DNA of 64,000 nt from Candidatus Omnitrophota bacterium (GCA_015233405.1 JADFXT010000006.1:3848-67847), one strand, 5' to 3'. Positions 45,494 to 54,312 are shown, counted from the stretch's first letter. Notes: generated by a model from the sequence alone, not told the origin. A program made the numbers and translations.

Positions 45494-48400
45494 CTAATAA
45501 ACCCGCTTCTCCACCGTAATTGCCACTTGGGAGATTTGGACCGGCTGGCCATTTTGCTGCTTCTGGCTGTTAGGAATAAATCCGAGCAATAGCGGAAGCT
45601 GCACAGGCGTAATGGCTTCAATATGAACAATGACAGGCGCCAGGCCTTCGATGTGAAAATCTAAAATAGGAGCGCTAGAAAAAGAAACACTAGGTCTCCC
45701 TTTATCTGTCTTTATTTCTAAATCCAAAGATTTCGAATTTAAGTCGATACCACCCGGGGCTTCCATTGCCGCAGTTTTATCTTTTTCAACAGCCATTGCC
45801 TTATCTCCAATATTATCAGGAAGCTTATTGATCAAAGACAAGTCCAAAGCTTGTTGATAATATTGCTTCATAATATCAAGATCAATAGGAGATTTTCCTA
45901 ATGCCTCTTTGGCTGTTTTTGCAATGTCGATAAAATCATTTAACCGCTGCTCAGAATATTTATTTGCTATATGATGCATACTAAAAATACTCGAACCAAG
46001 AAAGGATCCATCAAATCTATAAGCAAGAACCACAGACATCGGAATATATAAATTATTATTTTCTCCCATATAATCTTTGATTAAACTTCCATTTACGGAT
46101 AAACTTCTCCAAGAAAGCAAGACATCTCCAGGGCTGTTTAAAGATAAAAATGTTGCTTCTCCAAAAGTTCGATAGAGATTTTCTAAAAGCCCTCCATAGA
46201 TTAAGTCTTTTCTTTCTGTATGATTATGAATCTGCGCAGCAAGTTTTGTTTTTGCATATGTCGCCTGATCATCGGACAAAACTTTAAATACAAATTGTGG
46301 CTGACGTACAGACTTAAGAATAGTTCCAATCTCTCCATGAAGTAACGGAATATATAAAGCTGTTACTTTTGATTTTCCATCCTCTTTAAAGACTGGTGTT
46401 TTGACATCCTTCTCGCCTTCTTTTAAAACCAAATCAGTTATTTCTTGCGCTGTAATATTCTCGGCGGTCTTTCCAGGAAAAAACTTCGCCAAGACTTTGT
46501 CCAAAAGTAAATGGCCCAAAGAATGTTTCCCCAAAAGAATTTTATCCATAGGCACAAAAATCTGTCTTTCATGAAAAATTTTTAATTCCGGGAATGTCGC
46601 CCACGGACAAAACAACAATCCCAACTGTCCAGCTTCATTTACAGCAAATACCGGGCCAAAAACAGGAGCTTCATCAATTCCAATAAATTCAGCCTTACCT
46701 TCAGGAATTCCAATCATGGGCTGCGACGGATAAGCAATATGCGTTAACCGTTTATTATCTTGATTAGGATTAATTAGAAAACTTTGAACTTCAATACCAT
46801 AATTATAATACGCCAATTGGCGGCTCATGCTTTGGACAACATCTTGAAGGTTCGTCACCTTATCAAGTTGGTTGGCCTTTGGCTCCAGATCTTTTCTGGT
46901 TAAGCCCAATTCTTTGATCCAATCTGTGGACTTCTTCCCAAAGTTGAATAAAGCCATCATCGCTTTATCGCCGATATTGTCAGGGAGTTTATTGATCAAA
47001 GACAAATCCAAAGCTTGTTGATAATAATCTTTGATAACATCAAAATCCATTGGAGCTTTTCCCAATGCTTCTTTAGCCCTATTTGTAATCGTTATAAAAT
47101 CATTTAAACGCTCTTTACCCCAATTGGCAGCCACATAATGAGGACTAAATATACTCGACCCAAGAAAAGCGCCATTGAATCTGTAGGCAACAACCATGGA
47201 CATTGGAATGTATAAAGGGATCTCCTCCCCCATATAGTCTTTCATGACGCTTTTATTCACAGGCAGAGATTCCCAAGAAGTCTTTATGTCTCCCGGGCTG
47301 TTTAAAGATAAAAATGTTGCTTCTCCAAATACTTGATAAAGGTTCTCTAAAAGCCCCCCATATATTAAATCCTTTCGTTCTGTATGATTATGGATCCTCG
47401 CAGCAAATTTTGTCTTGGCAAATGTCGCTTGATCATCGGTTAAAACTTTAAATAAAAATTGTGGCTGATGCACGGATTTAAGAACAGTGCCTACCTCTCC
47501 ATGTAGAAGAGGAATATATAAAGCTGTTACTTTTGATTTTCCCTCACCTTTAAAAACATTCGTCTTGATATCCTTATCGCCTTCTTTTAAAACCAGATCT
47601 GTTATTTCCTGCGCTGTAAGTTCCTCTGCTGTCTTACCAGGAAAAAATTTCGCCAACGCTTTTTCCGGAAGCAAATGTCCTAAAGAATGTTTCCCTAACA
47701 GGAATTTATCCGGAGTAACGAAAATTTGCCGCTCATGAAGAATTTTTAATTCTGGAAATGTCACCCACGGACAAAACAATAATCCTAACTGGCCGGATTC
47801 ATTAACAGCAAACACTGGACCGTAAATAACCTCTTCGTCTCCTCGGATAAACTCAGCATTCCCTTCAGGAACTCCAATCATCGGCTGCGACGGATAAGCA
47901 ATATGCGTTAATTTTTTATTGTCTTCATTAGGATTAATTATGAAACCTTTAAGTTCGACGCTGTAATTATAATACGCCAGTTGCCGGCTCATGCTTTGGA
48001 CAACATCTTGAAGGTTCGTCACCTTATCAAGTTGGTTGGCCTTTGGCTCCAGATCTTTTCTGGTTAAGCCCAGTTCTTTGATCCAATCCGTGGCTTTGCT
48101 TTTCCCAAAAGTAAACAAACTCATCATCGCTTTATCGCTCTTAGCATTATTTAAGACAACCTTTAATCGAAATCCATTATCGCTTGCGGGTAAAGAGGCG
48201 GATTGGTTTAAGGAAAGCTGGTTATGGTCGGTAATAAGTGCCAGGTCTTTTTGCGTCACGCCGACGGTTCCGCCGGAGAAATATTTCTTAGGAATGATTT
48301 CTTGACGGGAAGAATCGTATTCTTCTTTAATGACGTTATAAACGCCTTTTTTAAAGGCTTCGAGGTATTGATCATAAATCTTCTCTTTGGATGATTTATC

Positions 48401-49426
48401 TTCAACATCAACGCCCAAGATCTTATTTTTATCCACATAAATCTTTGCCAAGAACCCTTCCTTGAGCCTTTTCTTATACCACGTCGCCAAGATCATGGAT
48501 TGATAGATCTGACGAAGCTGGCTAAAATTTTCTCCGGAATTGACTTCTTTTTCAATGGCAGGAAGGATGATTTCTTTGAGAATTGAAGAACATCTGTCAT
48601 TCCCGCGAAAGCGGGAATCCAGTAACCCGTTTTTAGACCCTGGATCCCGGGTCTGCGCCCGGGATGACAACAAACCAGAATCGGGATGACCAATAGAAAA
48701 CTGACTGGCCGCCAAATCCCTCGCAGATGCTCGGGACTCCGCACTCGTTTTGAACGCTTCGTAATCTTCCTCCAACATGACCTTAAGCTTTGACTCGACC
48801 ACAAACGCTGCGCCGTCGTGTTCGTAAACCACCGCACGCTCGGGGACAATCCAGACCTTATTAAACGTATCCGTGGGAATATCCGTAACGCCATACTCGG
48901 AGTTTACTTTCTTATAAATCTCCTCCCAGAACTTTTTACCGGTTTCGCCGTCTGGATGCATCAAGGACGCGGTGATCTGCTTTAAAATATAATCCTGGGC
49001 TAATAGGTCGCGGCCCATTTCGGTCATGCCTAAAGATTTTGGCGCGATACGGTTTCTCTCATACGGCGAGAGGTTGACCCATTGTTCACCTTCGGGAATT
49101 GTCAAAGACGCCAAAAAATATTTCACCATTTTTAAGGATTCATCTTTTAATGCCTTGGAATCAAGATTTAGCTTTTGAGTTCCGCCATCGACGATAAAAT
49201 CGAATTCAAACGGATTTTTAGGGTTCGGCTTGACTCCTTTAAGGAGGACCGGCGTAAATGCGGGGCTTAAAGTTACCATGGTTCCCGGCGCGGGAAGATT
49301 CGCCACATTCTGGGCATAAAGAAGTGTGGACGATAAGATCGTATTGAAGCCAAACAGCATGGCCACCAATAACGAACAAACGCGGGTCATCAAAATATGT
49401 TTTTTGTTATAAAAAGATGCCACCAT
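45494..49426 (-). CDS. Giant secreted protein, paralog C (conserved N-domain, two tandem 389-aa modules, conserved C-terminal tail)
   Basis: The track ORF starts at GTG 49432; ATG 49426 sits 10 nt after AAGGAG. Signal peptide (...LLVAMLFGFNTILSSTLLYAQN). The N-domain and C-tail are shared with paralog B. Confidence 0.85.
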   Translation of the reverse strand: MVASFYNKKHILMTRVCSLLVAMLFGFNTILSSTLLYAQNVANLPAPGTMVTLSPAFTPVLLKGVKPNPKNPFEFDFIVDGGTQKLNLDSKALKDESLKMVKYFLASLTIPEGEQWVNLSPYERNRIAPKSLGMTEMGRDLLAQDYILKQITASLMHPDGETGKKFWEEIYKKVNSEYGVTDIPTDTFNKVWIVPERAVVYEHDGAAFVVESKLKVMLEEDYEAFKTSAESRASARDLAASQFSIGHPDSGLLSSRAQTRDPGSKNGLLDSRFRGNDRCSSILKEIILPAIEKEVNSGENFSQLRQIYQSMILATWYKKRLKEGFLAKIYVDKNKILGVDVEDKSSKEKIYDQYLEAFKKGVYNVIKEEYDSSRQEIIPKKYFSGGTVGVTQKDLALITDHNQLSLNQSASLPASDNGFRLKVVLNNAKSDKAMMSLFTFGKSKATDWIKELGLTRKDLEPKANQLDKVTNLQDVVQSMSRQLAYYNYSVELKGFIINPNEDNKKLTHIAYPSQPMIGVPEGNAEFIRGDEEVIYGPVFAVNESGQLGLLFCPWVTFPELKILHERQIFVTPDKFLLGKHSLGHLLPEKALAKFFPGKTAEELTAQEITDLVLKEGDKDIKTNVFKGEGKSKVTALYIPLLHGEVGTVLKSVHQPQFLFKVLTDDQATFAKTKFAARIHNHTERKDLIYGGLLENLYQVFGEATFLSLNSPGDIKTSWESLPVNKSVMKDYMGEEIPLYIPMSMVVAYRFNGAFLGSSIFSPHYVAANWGKERLNDFITITNRAKEALGKAPMDFDVIKDYYQQALDLSLINKLPDNIGDKAMMALFNFGKKSTDWIKELGLTRKDLEPKANQLDKVTNLQDVVQSMSRQLAYYNYGIEVQSFLINPNQDNKRLTHIAYPSQPMIGIPEGKAEFIGIDEAPVFGPVFAVNEAGQLGLLFCPWATFPELKIFHERQIFVPMDKILLGKHSLGHLLLDKVLAKFFPGKTAENITAQEITDLVLKEGEKDVKTPVFKEDGKSKVTALYIPLLHGEIGTILKSVRQPQFVFKVLSDDQATYAKTKLAAQIHNHTERKDLIYGGLLENLYRTFGEATFLSLNSPGDVLLSWRSLSVNGSLIKDYMGENNNLYIPMSVVLAYRFDGSFLGSSIFSMHHIANKYSEQRLNDFIDIAKTAKEALGKSPIDLDIMKQYYQQALDLSLINKLPDNIGDKAMAVEKDKTAAMEAPGGIDLNSKSLDLEIKTDKGRPSVSFSSAPILDFHIEGLAPVIVHIEAITPVQLPLLLGFIPNSQKQQNGQPVQISQVAITVEKRVY
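45806..48136 (-). repeat. Intragenic tandem duplication: two copies of a ~389-codon module inside paralog C
   Basis: Copy 1 is 48136..46970 and copy 2 is 46969..45806, each starting DKAMM(S/A)LF(T/N)FGK. An identical 88-bp tract occurs at 47985..48072 and 46821..46908. Confidence 0.9.
48596..48690. repeat. Palindromic double-hairpin element (MITE/REP-like) lying inside the paralog C reading frame
   Basis: gtcattcccgcgaaagcgggaatccag-N19-ctggatcccgggtctgcgcccgggatgac (73 bp) plus an extra half-site. The same 73-bp element is intergenic at 51133..51205. Confidence 0.8.
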
Positions 49427-49582
49427 AGCCACATGTCTCCTTAAAAATAAAAGGGTTTTGAATTTAGTGAAAGTAGACTTCTCTTTTGAGAAAACAGAGC
49501 CCTGCGTTTTTTCTCTAAAAGAGTTTCACCCTTACTGTGGCTGGATGGTGTTACTTCAATAAGGATGGATAATTGTGATGAA

Positions 49583-49610
49583 AATATAACATACTTTTGG
49601 GAAAATGCAA
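49583..49610 (-). promoter_or_regulatory. Candidate promoter of paralog C (TTGCAT-16-TATATT)
   Basis: Reverse-complement reading. It leaves a ~140-nt leader without GEMM-I motifs. Confidence 0.5.
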
Positions 49611-49698
49611 ATTTTTGTAGGCAGAATTTTTAATAAGTGGTAAGTGGGGACGTTCCCCAATTTCTATTCAAGGGTGTCCCTTATTAATCTTAAATACT

Positions 49699-50109
49699 CT
49701 TGCTGTCATTCCCGAAATCTTCGCACTTGTTGTCATTCCCGAAATCTTCTATCGGGAATCCACTCCTCCAAACCTTCTGGATCCCCGCCTGAAAATTGCG
49801 GGGATGACAATGCTTAGCTCTTTGCTGTCATTCCCGAAATCTTCGCACTTGTTGTCATTCCCGAAATCTTCTATCGGGAATCCACTCCTCCAAACCTTCT
49901 GGATCCCCGCCTGAAAATTGCGGGGATGACAGTGTGACATGAAGCGGGGATGACAATGCTTAGCTCTTTGCTGTCATTCCCAACTTCCTCGATTTTTTAT
50001 CTAGAAATGATTGGGAATCCAGCCTTTTAAAATCGTGGATCCCCGACCTGTCTGCCGACAGGCAGGCTAAAACATTCGGGGATGACAGTGTGGTCTGAAG
50101 CGGGAATGA
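49699..50109. repeat. Higher-order repeat array A3 (three composite units, same orientation as A2)
   Basis: Units 1 and 2 repeat at a 122-bp period (gtcattccc at 49705 and 49827). Unit 3 carries the cctgtctgccgacaggcagg palindrome. Confidence 0.9.
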
Positions 50110-50143
50110 AAAATTTTTATTATGAATCAATAATGGAGGGAAA

Positions 50144-50977
50144 TTATGGTTCGCAAGACAGGACAAAATGGCCTTTGGATTTCTCTTCAAAAATGGCATC
50201 CGAGGAGACGAAAATCTCTCCTTTATCGATGAACTTATATTCCAAAGACGCGGTCAAAAGTTCCTTCGTGTACGGATGAAGTGGATTATGAAAGACCTCA
50301 TCGGTTGAGGCATATTCCACAATTCTTCCCTTATACATGACCGCGATTTTCTGGCAGACTTTCTTGACGACTTTAAGATTATGAGAAATAAATAAATACG
50401 TCACATCAAAGTTCGACTGAATATCCTTAAGTAGATCCAAAATTTGTTTCTGAATGATCACATCCAAAGACGAAACGGCTTCATCTAAAATAAGCAAGCT
50501 CGGGTTCATGACCAATGCGCGGGCAATGGCGATGCGCTGGCGCTCACCGCCGCTAAACTCATGCGGATATCGGTTTAAAATATTCGCCGGTAATTGGACC
50601 GCCGAAAGAGCGTGGCGGATCTTCTCTTCTTTGTCCGTTACCTTCTCTATGCCTTCAGCGACGATACTGCGCACGGTAAAGCGCGGGTCAAGGCTGCTGT
50701 GGGGATCTTGAAATACCATTTGAACGATTTTACGAAAATCTTTAAGTTCTTTTCCGCGGGCGGCCGTAAAATTTTCCCCATCTAAAAAGATCTCGCCGGA
50801 ATCAGGCGTCAAAAGCTTAAGGATGATTTTAGATAAGGTGGTCTTGCCGGACCCGGATTCGCCAACGAGCCCAAGGTTTTCTCCGCGAAGAACGGACAAG
50901 CTCACATCATCCACGGCCTTCACAATTCTTTGGTGACCGGAATGAAAATATTTTTTTATGTTCTTAAGTTCTAACAT
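50144..50977 (-). CDS. Peptide/nickel ABC transporter ATP-binding protein (OppF/DppF-like)
   Basis: GESGSGKTT Walker A, FSGGERQRIAIARAL signature, LILDEAVSSLD Walker B. Confidence 0.9.
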   Translation of the reverse strand: MLELKNIKKYFHSGHQRIVKAVDDVSLSVLRGENLGLVGESGSGKTTLSKIILKLLTPDSGEIFLDGENFTAARGKELKDFRKIVQMVFQDPHSSLDPRFTVRSIVAEGIEKVTDKEEKIRHALSAVQLPANILNRYPHEFSGGERQRIAIARALVMNPSLLILDEAVSSLDVIIQKQILDLLKDIQSNFDVTYLFISHNLKVVKKVCQKIAVMYKGRIVEYASTDEVFHNPLHPYTKELLTASLEYKFIDKGEIFVSSDAIFEEKSKGHFVLSCEP

Positions 50978-50997
50978 TTTTAATTTCTCTTTAATAT

Positions 50998-51281
50998 GTC
51001 ATTGTGAGGAGCCCGCCAAAGACGGGCGACGTGGCAATCTTTTTTAAATTAAAAGGATTGCTTCGCCCTGCCTGCCGTGTACTTACTTCAGAATTTTGGT
51101 AACATTTTATCCTGCTAATAATCTCTTTTGATGTCATTCCCGCGCAAGCGGGAATCCAGGAAATACTTTTAAGACGCTGGATCCCGGGTCTGCGCCCGGG
51201 ATGACAAAAAAGAAAAAACGGGATGACAGAAAAGGCAAACATTTCGTGGGTGACCGCAATGGCAAACATTTCGCGGATGAC
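50998..51281. repeat. Intercistronic composite of palindromic modules between the two ABC ATPase genes
   Basis: Contains gtcattgtgagg..gcaatc, a cctgcctgcc half-palindrome, the 73-bp double hairpin at 51133..51205, and degenerate ...ggatgac half-sites. Confidence 0.85.
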
Positions 51282-51288
51282 AACCTGA

Positions 51289-52071
51289 CTATACTGCCGC
51301 CTCGAGTAATTCCCGCGTATAATGATGCTTCGGTTCAGTCAGCACGGCCTTTGTATGCCCAGCCTCGACGACCTTTCCTTCTTTCATCACCACAACTTCA
51401 TTCGACAAATGCCGCACAAGACCTAGATCATGCGTGATCAGTAAAATGGACAACTTCAATGTCCGGTTCAATTCCTTAAAAAGCTCGACGATCTTAGCCT
51501 GAATGGTCACATCTAAACTGCTCGTCGGTTCATCGGCGATGATCAACTTAGGATTTCCTGCAATAGCCTGCGCGATCATGGCGCGTTGGCGCATACCGCC
51601 GCTTAACTGATGCGGATAGCTCTTGGAAATTCTTTGCGGGTCCGCGATCTCGACGGTGTCAAGAAGATGCAAGATCTGTTTCTGCCGCTCTTGCCGGTTT
51701 AAATCCGTATGATATTTGAGGACTTCCTCAATCTGAAAACCAATGGTAAAAAGAGGATTGAAGGCTTGAAGCGGGTCCTGAAAAACAAAGCCGATATCTT
51801 TGCCGCGCATCCTTTGGATTGTTTGGTCATCGACGGATAAAAGGTCCTGTCCGTCGAAAATTATGCTGCCCTTCTCAATTGTCAAAGCCGGCGAAAGAAG
51901 CCGGCCAATCGACAAGCCCGTCGTGGTCTTTCCGCTTCCGGATTCGCCGACTAAAGCAACGATCTCTTCTTTCGGGATATCCAATGAAACATCCGAAACA
52001 AGATGTTTCTTATGTTTATCCTGCCCGACAGACACCGTTAAATTTTTAATAGAAACGACTATGTCCTTCAT
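51289..52071 (-). CDS. Peptide/nickel ABC transporter ATP-binding protein (OppD/DppD-like)
   Basis: GESGSGKTT, LSGGMRQRAMIAQAI, IIADEPTSSLD. Confidence 0.9.
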   Translation of the reverse strand: MKDIVVSIKNLTVSVGQDKHKKHLVSDVSLDIPKEEIVALVGESGSGKTTTGLSIGRLLSPALTIEKGSIIFDGQDLLSVDDQTIQRMRGKDIGFVFQDPLQAFNPLFTIGFQIEEVLKYHTDLNRQERQKQILHLLDTVEIADPQRISKSYPHQLSGGMRQRAMIAQAIAGNPKLIIADEPTSSLDVTIQAKIVELFKELNRTLKLSILLITHDLGLVRHLSNEVVVMKEGKVVEAGHTKAVLTEPKHHYTRELLEAAV

Positions 52072-52073
52072 GG

Positions 52074-53126
52074 CTATTCCTCAACGCCTTTCATTAAAGG
52101 GTCGAAACAATCGCGTAAAACATCGCCGACGATATTAAAACTGATGACCGTGATGAAAATAAAAAGCCCGGGAAGAAGAATCCACGGATGAAACTGGATA
52201 TGCGCGATGTTCATGGCATCCGTCAGCATATTGCCCCAGCTCGCCAATGGGTCCTGAATGCCTAAGCCGATCAAACTTAACGCCGCTTCGCCTAAAATGT
52301 ATCCGGGAATGGAAAGCATAATGGCGACGATGGAATACGAAAGCGTGTGCGGCAAAATATGCCGCGTGATAATGGCAAAATCCGATAGTCCCATGGCCTT
52401 CGCGGCCAGGACATATTCCCGTTCTCTGAGTGAAATGCTCATGCCGCGGATAATGCGCGCTAAACCGGCCCAACCGATAAAAGATAAAATAACCACGACG
52501 GCAAAGTAAACCTGTAGCGAACTAAAATTCTCCGGCACCGCAGAGCGAAGCGCCAGCATCAGATAAAATCCCGGCACCATCATGAACATTTCACACCCCC
52601 GCATGAGGATATTATCGACGACGCCGCCATAATATCCAGCAATGCCGCCGACCAAAAGCCCCAAAATAAAAGAAATCAAAACGCCGATAATACCGATGGA
52701 TAACGAAATCCTGGCGCCGTACAAAAGCCGCGAGAAAACGTCCCGGCCGCGAGAATCTGCGCCGAATAGATAAAGTTTTCCAGGCGCCTCTACGCCAAAA
52801 AGATGAATGTCCGTCGAGATAAGACCTAAAAATTTATAGCGGTCTCCTTTAAAGAAAATACGTAAAGAATATTTTTGGGTCGTATCTTCCTGATAAACGC
52901 GTTTGTGGAATTCGTCAAAACTGAATGTCTGTGCATAAACAAATGGAAAATGAAGTTGGCCTTTATCGATGCAATGAATTTTTGTCGGCGGGGCGTAAGA
53001 ATGCTGGCGGTCTTCATTATTATAATGATACGGCGCCAAAACATCGGCAAAAATGGCCGCAGCGTAAAGCACGACGAGAATATAAAGGCAAATCAAGGCC
53101 TTGGGCGACTTTTTAAATTCCTTCAT
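52074..53126 (-). CDS. Peptide ABC transporter permease (OppC/DppC-like)
   Basis: The start MKEFKKSPKALICLYILVV at 53126 is preferred. The 76 upstream codons of the track ORF translate a repeat element. BPD-type permease core. Confidence 0.85.
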   Translation of the reverse strand: MKEFKKSPKALICLYILVVLYAAAIFADVLAPYHYNNEDRQHSYAPPTKIHCIDKGQLHFPFVYAQTFSFDEFHKRVYQEDTTQKYSLRIFFKGDRYKFLGLISTDIHLFGVEAPGKLYLFGADSRGRDVFSRLLYGARISLSIGIIGVLISFILGLLVGGIAGYYGGVVDNILMRGCEMFMMVPGFYLMLALRSAVPENFSSLQVYFAVVVILSFIGWAGLARIIRGMSISLREREYVLAAKAMGLSDFAIITRHILPHTLSYSIVAIMLSIPGYILGEAALSLIGLGIQDPLASWGNMLTDAMNIAHIQFHPWILLPGLFIFITVISFNIVGDVLRDCFDPLMKGVEE

Positions 53127-53204
53127 CGCTAATTGAAACTGGCTTAGGTGACATTGTGATTCACTACCTCTCGACTTAAAATCCGTTTTACAAGAAAAAG
53201 CAAT

Positions 53205-53311
53205 GTCATCCCCGCAATCTTTAAGCGGGGATCCAAGATTTCCACCTGGATTCCCGCCTTGGTTCGCCCTTCGCTTACCATCCCGCAATAAGCGGGATCG
53301 CCGGGAATGAC
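53205..53311. repeat. Intercistronic palindromic unit between the two permease genes
   Basis: gtcatccccgcaatctttaagcggggatcc ... ctggattcccgcc ... tcccgcaataagcggga ... ccgggaatgac. Confidence 0.85.
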
Positions 53312-53343
53312 AAACAGGGAGATTGAAAAAAGATTTTTTTCGT

Positions 53344-54312
53344 TTATTTGTCATATCGAATCCTCGGGTCGGACCACGCCAAAAGGATGTCCGCGATCAA
53401 ATTTCCCAAAAGTAAAAGGACGCCGCCCATGAGCATGCTTGCCATAACAAGATAGATGTCTTTGGACCGCACGGCGGTGAGCATCAAAGAGCCCAAGCCC
53501 GGCCAGCTACAGATAATTTCCGTCAATGCTGCCCCGCCGAGCAACCCGGAAAGCTCATAGCCGAATAATGTGATCAAAGGGTTGATCGCGTTTCTTAGCG
53601 CATGACGGTAGAAAACCACGTGTTCCGGCAAGCCTTTGGCACGGGCGGTTAAAATATATTGTTGGCGCAAGGTTTCTAAAAAATTTCCTCGCATGATCCG
53701 CTGAAGCGCGGCCATAGACCCCAAAGAAATTACCACCGTCGGGATCACGAGATGTTTTAATAGATCAATGAATTTCCCAAAAGTGGAAAGCTGGTCGTAC
53801 TGAGCGCTGTGCATGCCCCCTAAGGGAAGGATTCCTGTCTGGCTCGCGAAATATAATAATAGAATCGCCAAAAAGAAACTTGGGACAGAAAGGCCGGCAA
53901 AGGACAATAGCGACAAAGATTTATCGACAAATTTATTCCGTCGTACAGCCGCCCAAATGCCGAGCGGAATCGCAATAAGCCAGGTCAAGAGCAGACTCGC
54001 CAGAGATAAAATGAACGTATTAAATAGCCGCCCGGAAAGCACACGCGCCACGGGCACATTATAGAAAAACGAATAGCCGAACTCGCCTTTAAACATATTC
54101 TTAATCCAGGTGAAATACTGGTCTAGGACCGGCTTGTCGAGATGATAAAGCCGTTCATAGCGGCTGATGGTTTCTTTCGAAATTTGCGGGTCAAGCCGCA
54201 TGCTGTCAAAGAAATTCCCCGGCGTCATCTGGATCAAGATAAACGTCAACAACGACATCGCCAGAAGTAGCGGAATGGAAATGAGAATGCGTTTGATGAT
54301 ATATTTAAACAT
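53344..54312 (-). CDS. Peptide ABC transporter permease (OppB/DppB-like)
   Basis: The start MFKYIIKRILISIPLLL at 54312 is preferred; the upstream 40 codons are repeat-derived. Confidence 0.85.
   Translation of the reverse strand: MFKYIIKRILISIPLLLAMSLLTFILIQMTPGNFFDSMRLDPQISKETISRYERLYHLDKPVLDQYFTWIKNMFKGEFGYSFFYNVPVARVLSGRLFNTFILSLASLLLTWLIAIPLGIWAAVRRNKFVDKSLSLLSFAGLSVPSFFLAILLLYFASQTGILPLGGMHSAQYDQLSTFGKFIDLLKHLVIPTVVISLGSMAALQRIMRGNFLETLRQQYILTARAKGLPEHVVFYRHALRNAINPLITLFGYELSGLLGGAALTEIICSWPGLGSLMLTAVRSKDIYLVMASMLMGGVLLLLGNLIADILLAWSDPRIRYDK

Noticed and set aside
45900-47500. HNH nuclease motif in the duplicated module of paralog C (IHNHTERKD)
   Set aside because: It is only the tripeptide HNH within otherwise unrelated sequence. 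There is no surrounding beta-beta-alpha-metal pattern (no paired Cys/His, no downstream N/H at the expected spacing).
51225-51281. Plus-strand ggcaaacatttcg motifs as a possible third GEMM-I aptamer
   Set aside because: Only the GGCAAAC heptamer matches. There is no GNRA-capped stem, no ACGCAAAG and no second hairpin. The motif is part of degenerate repeat half-sites.
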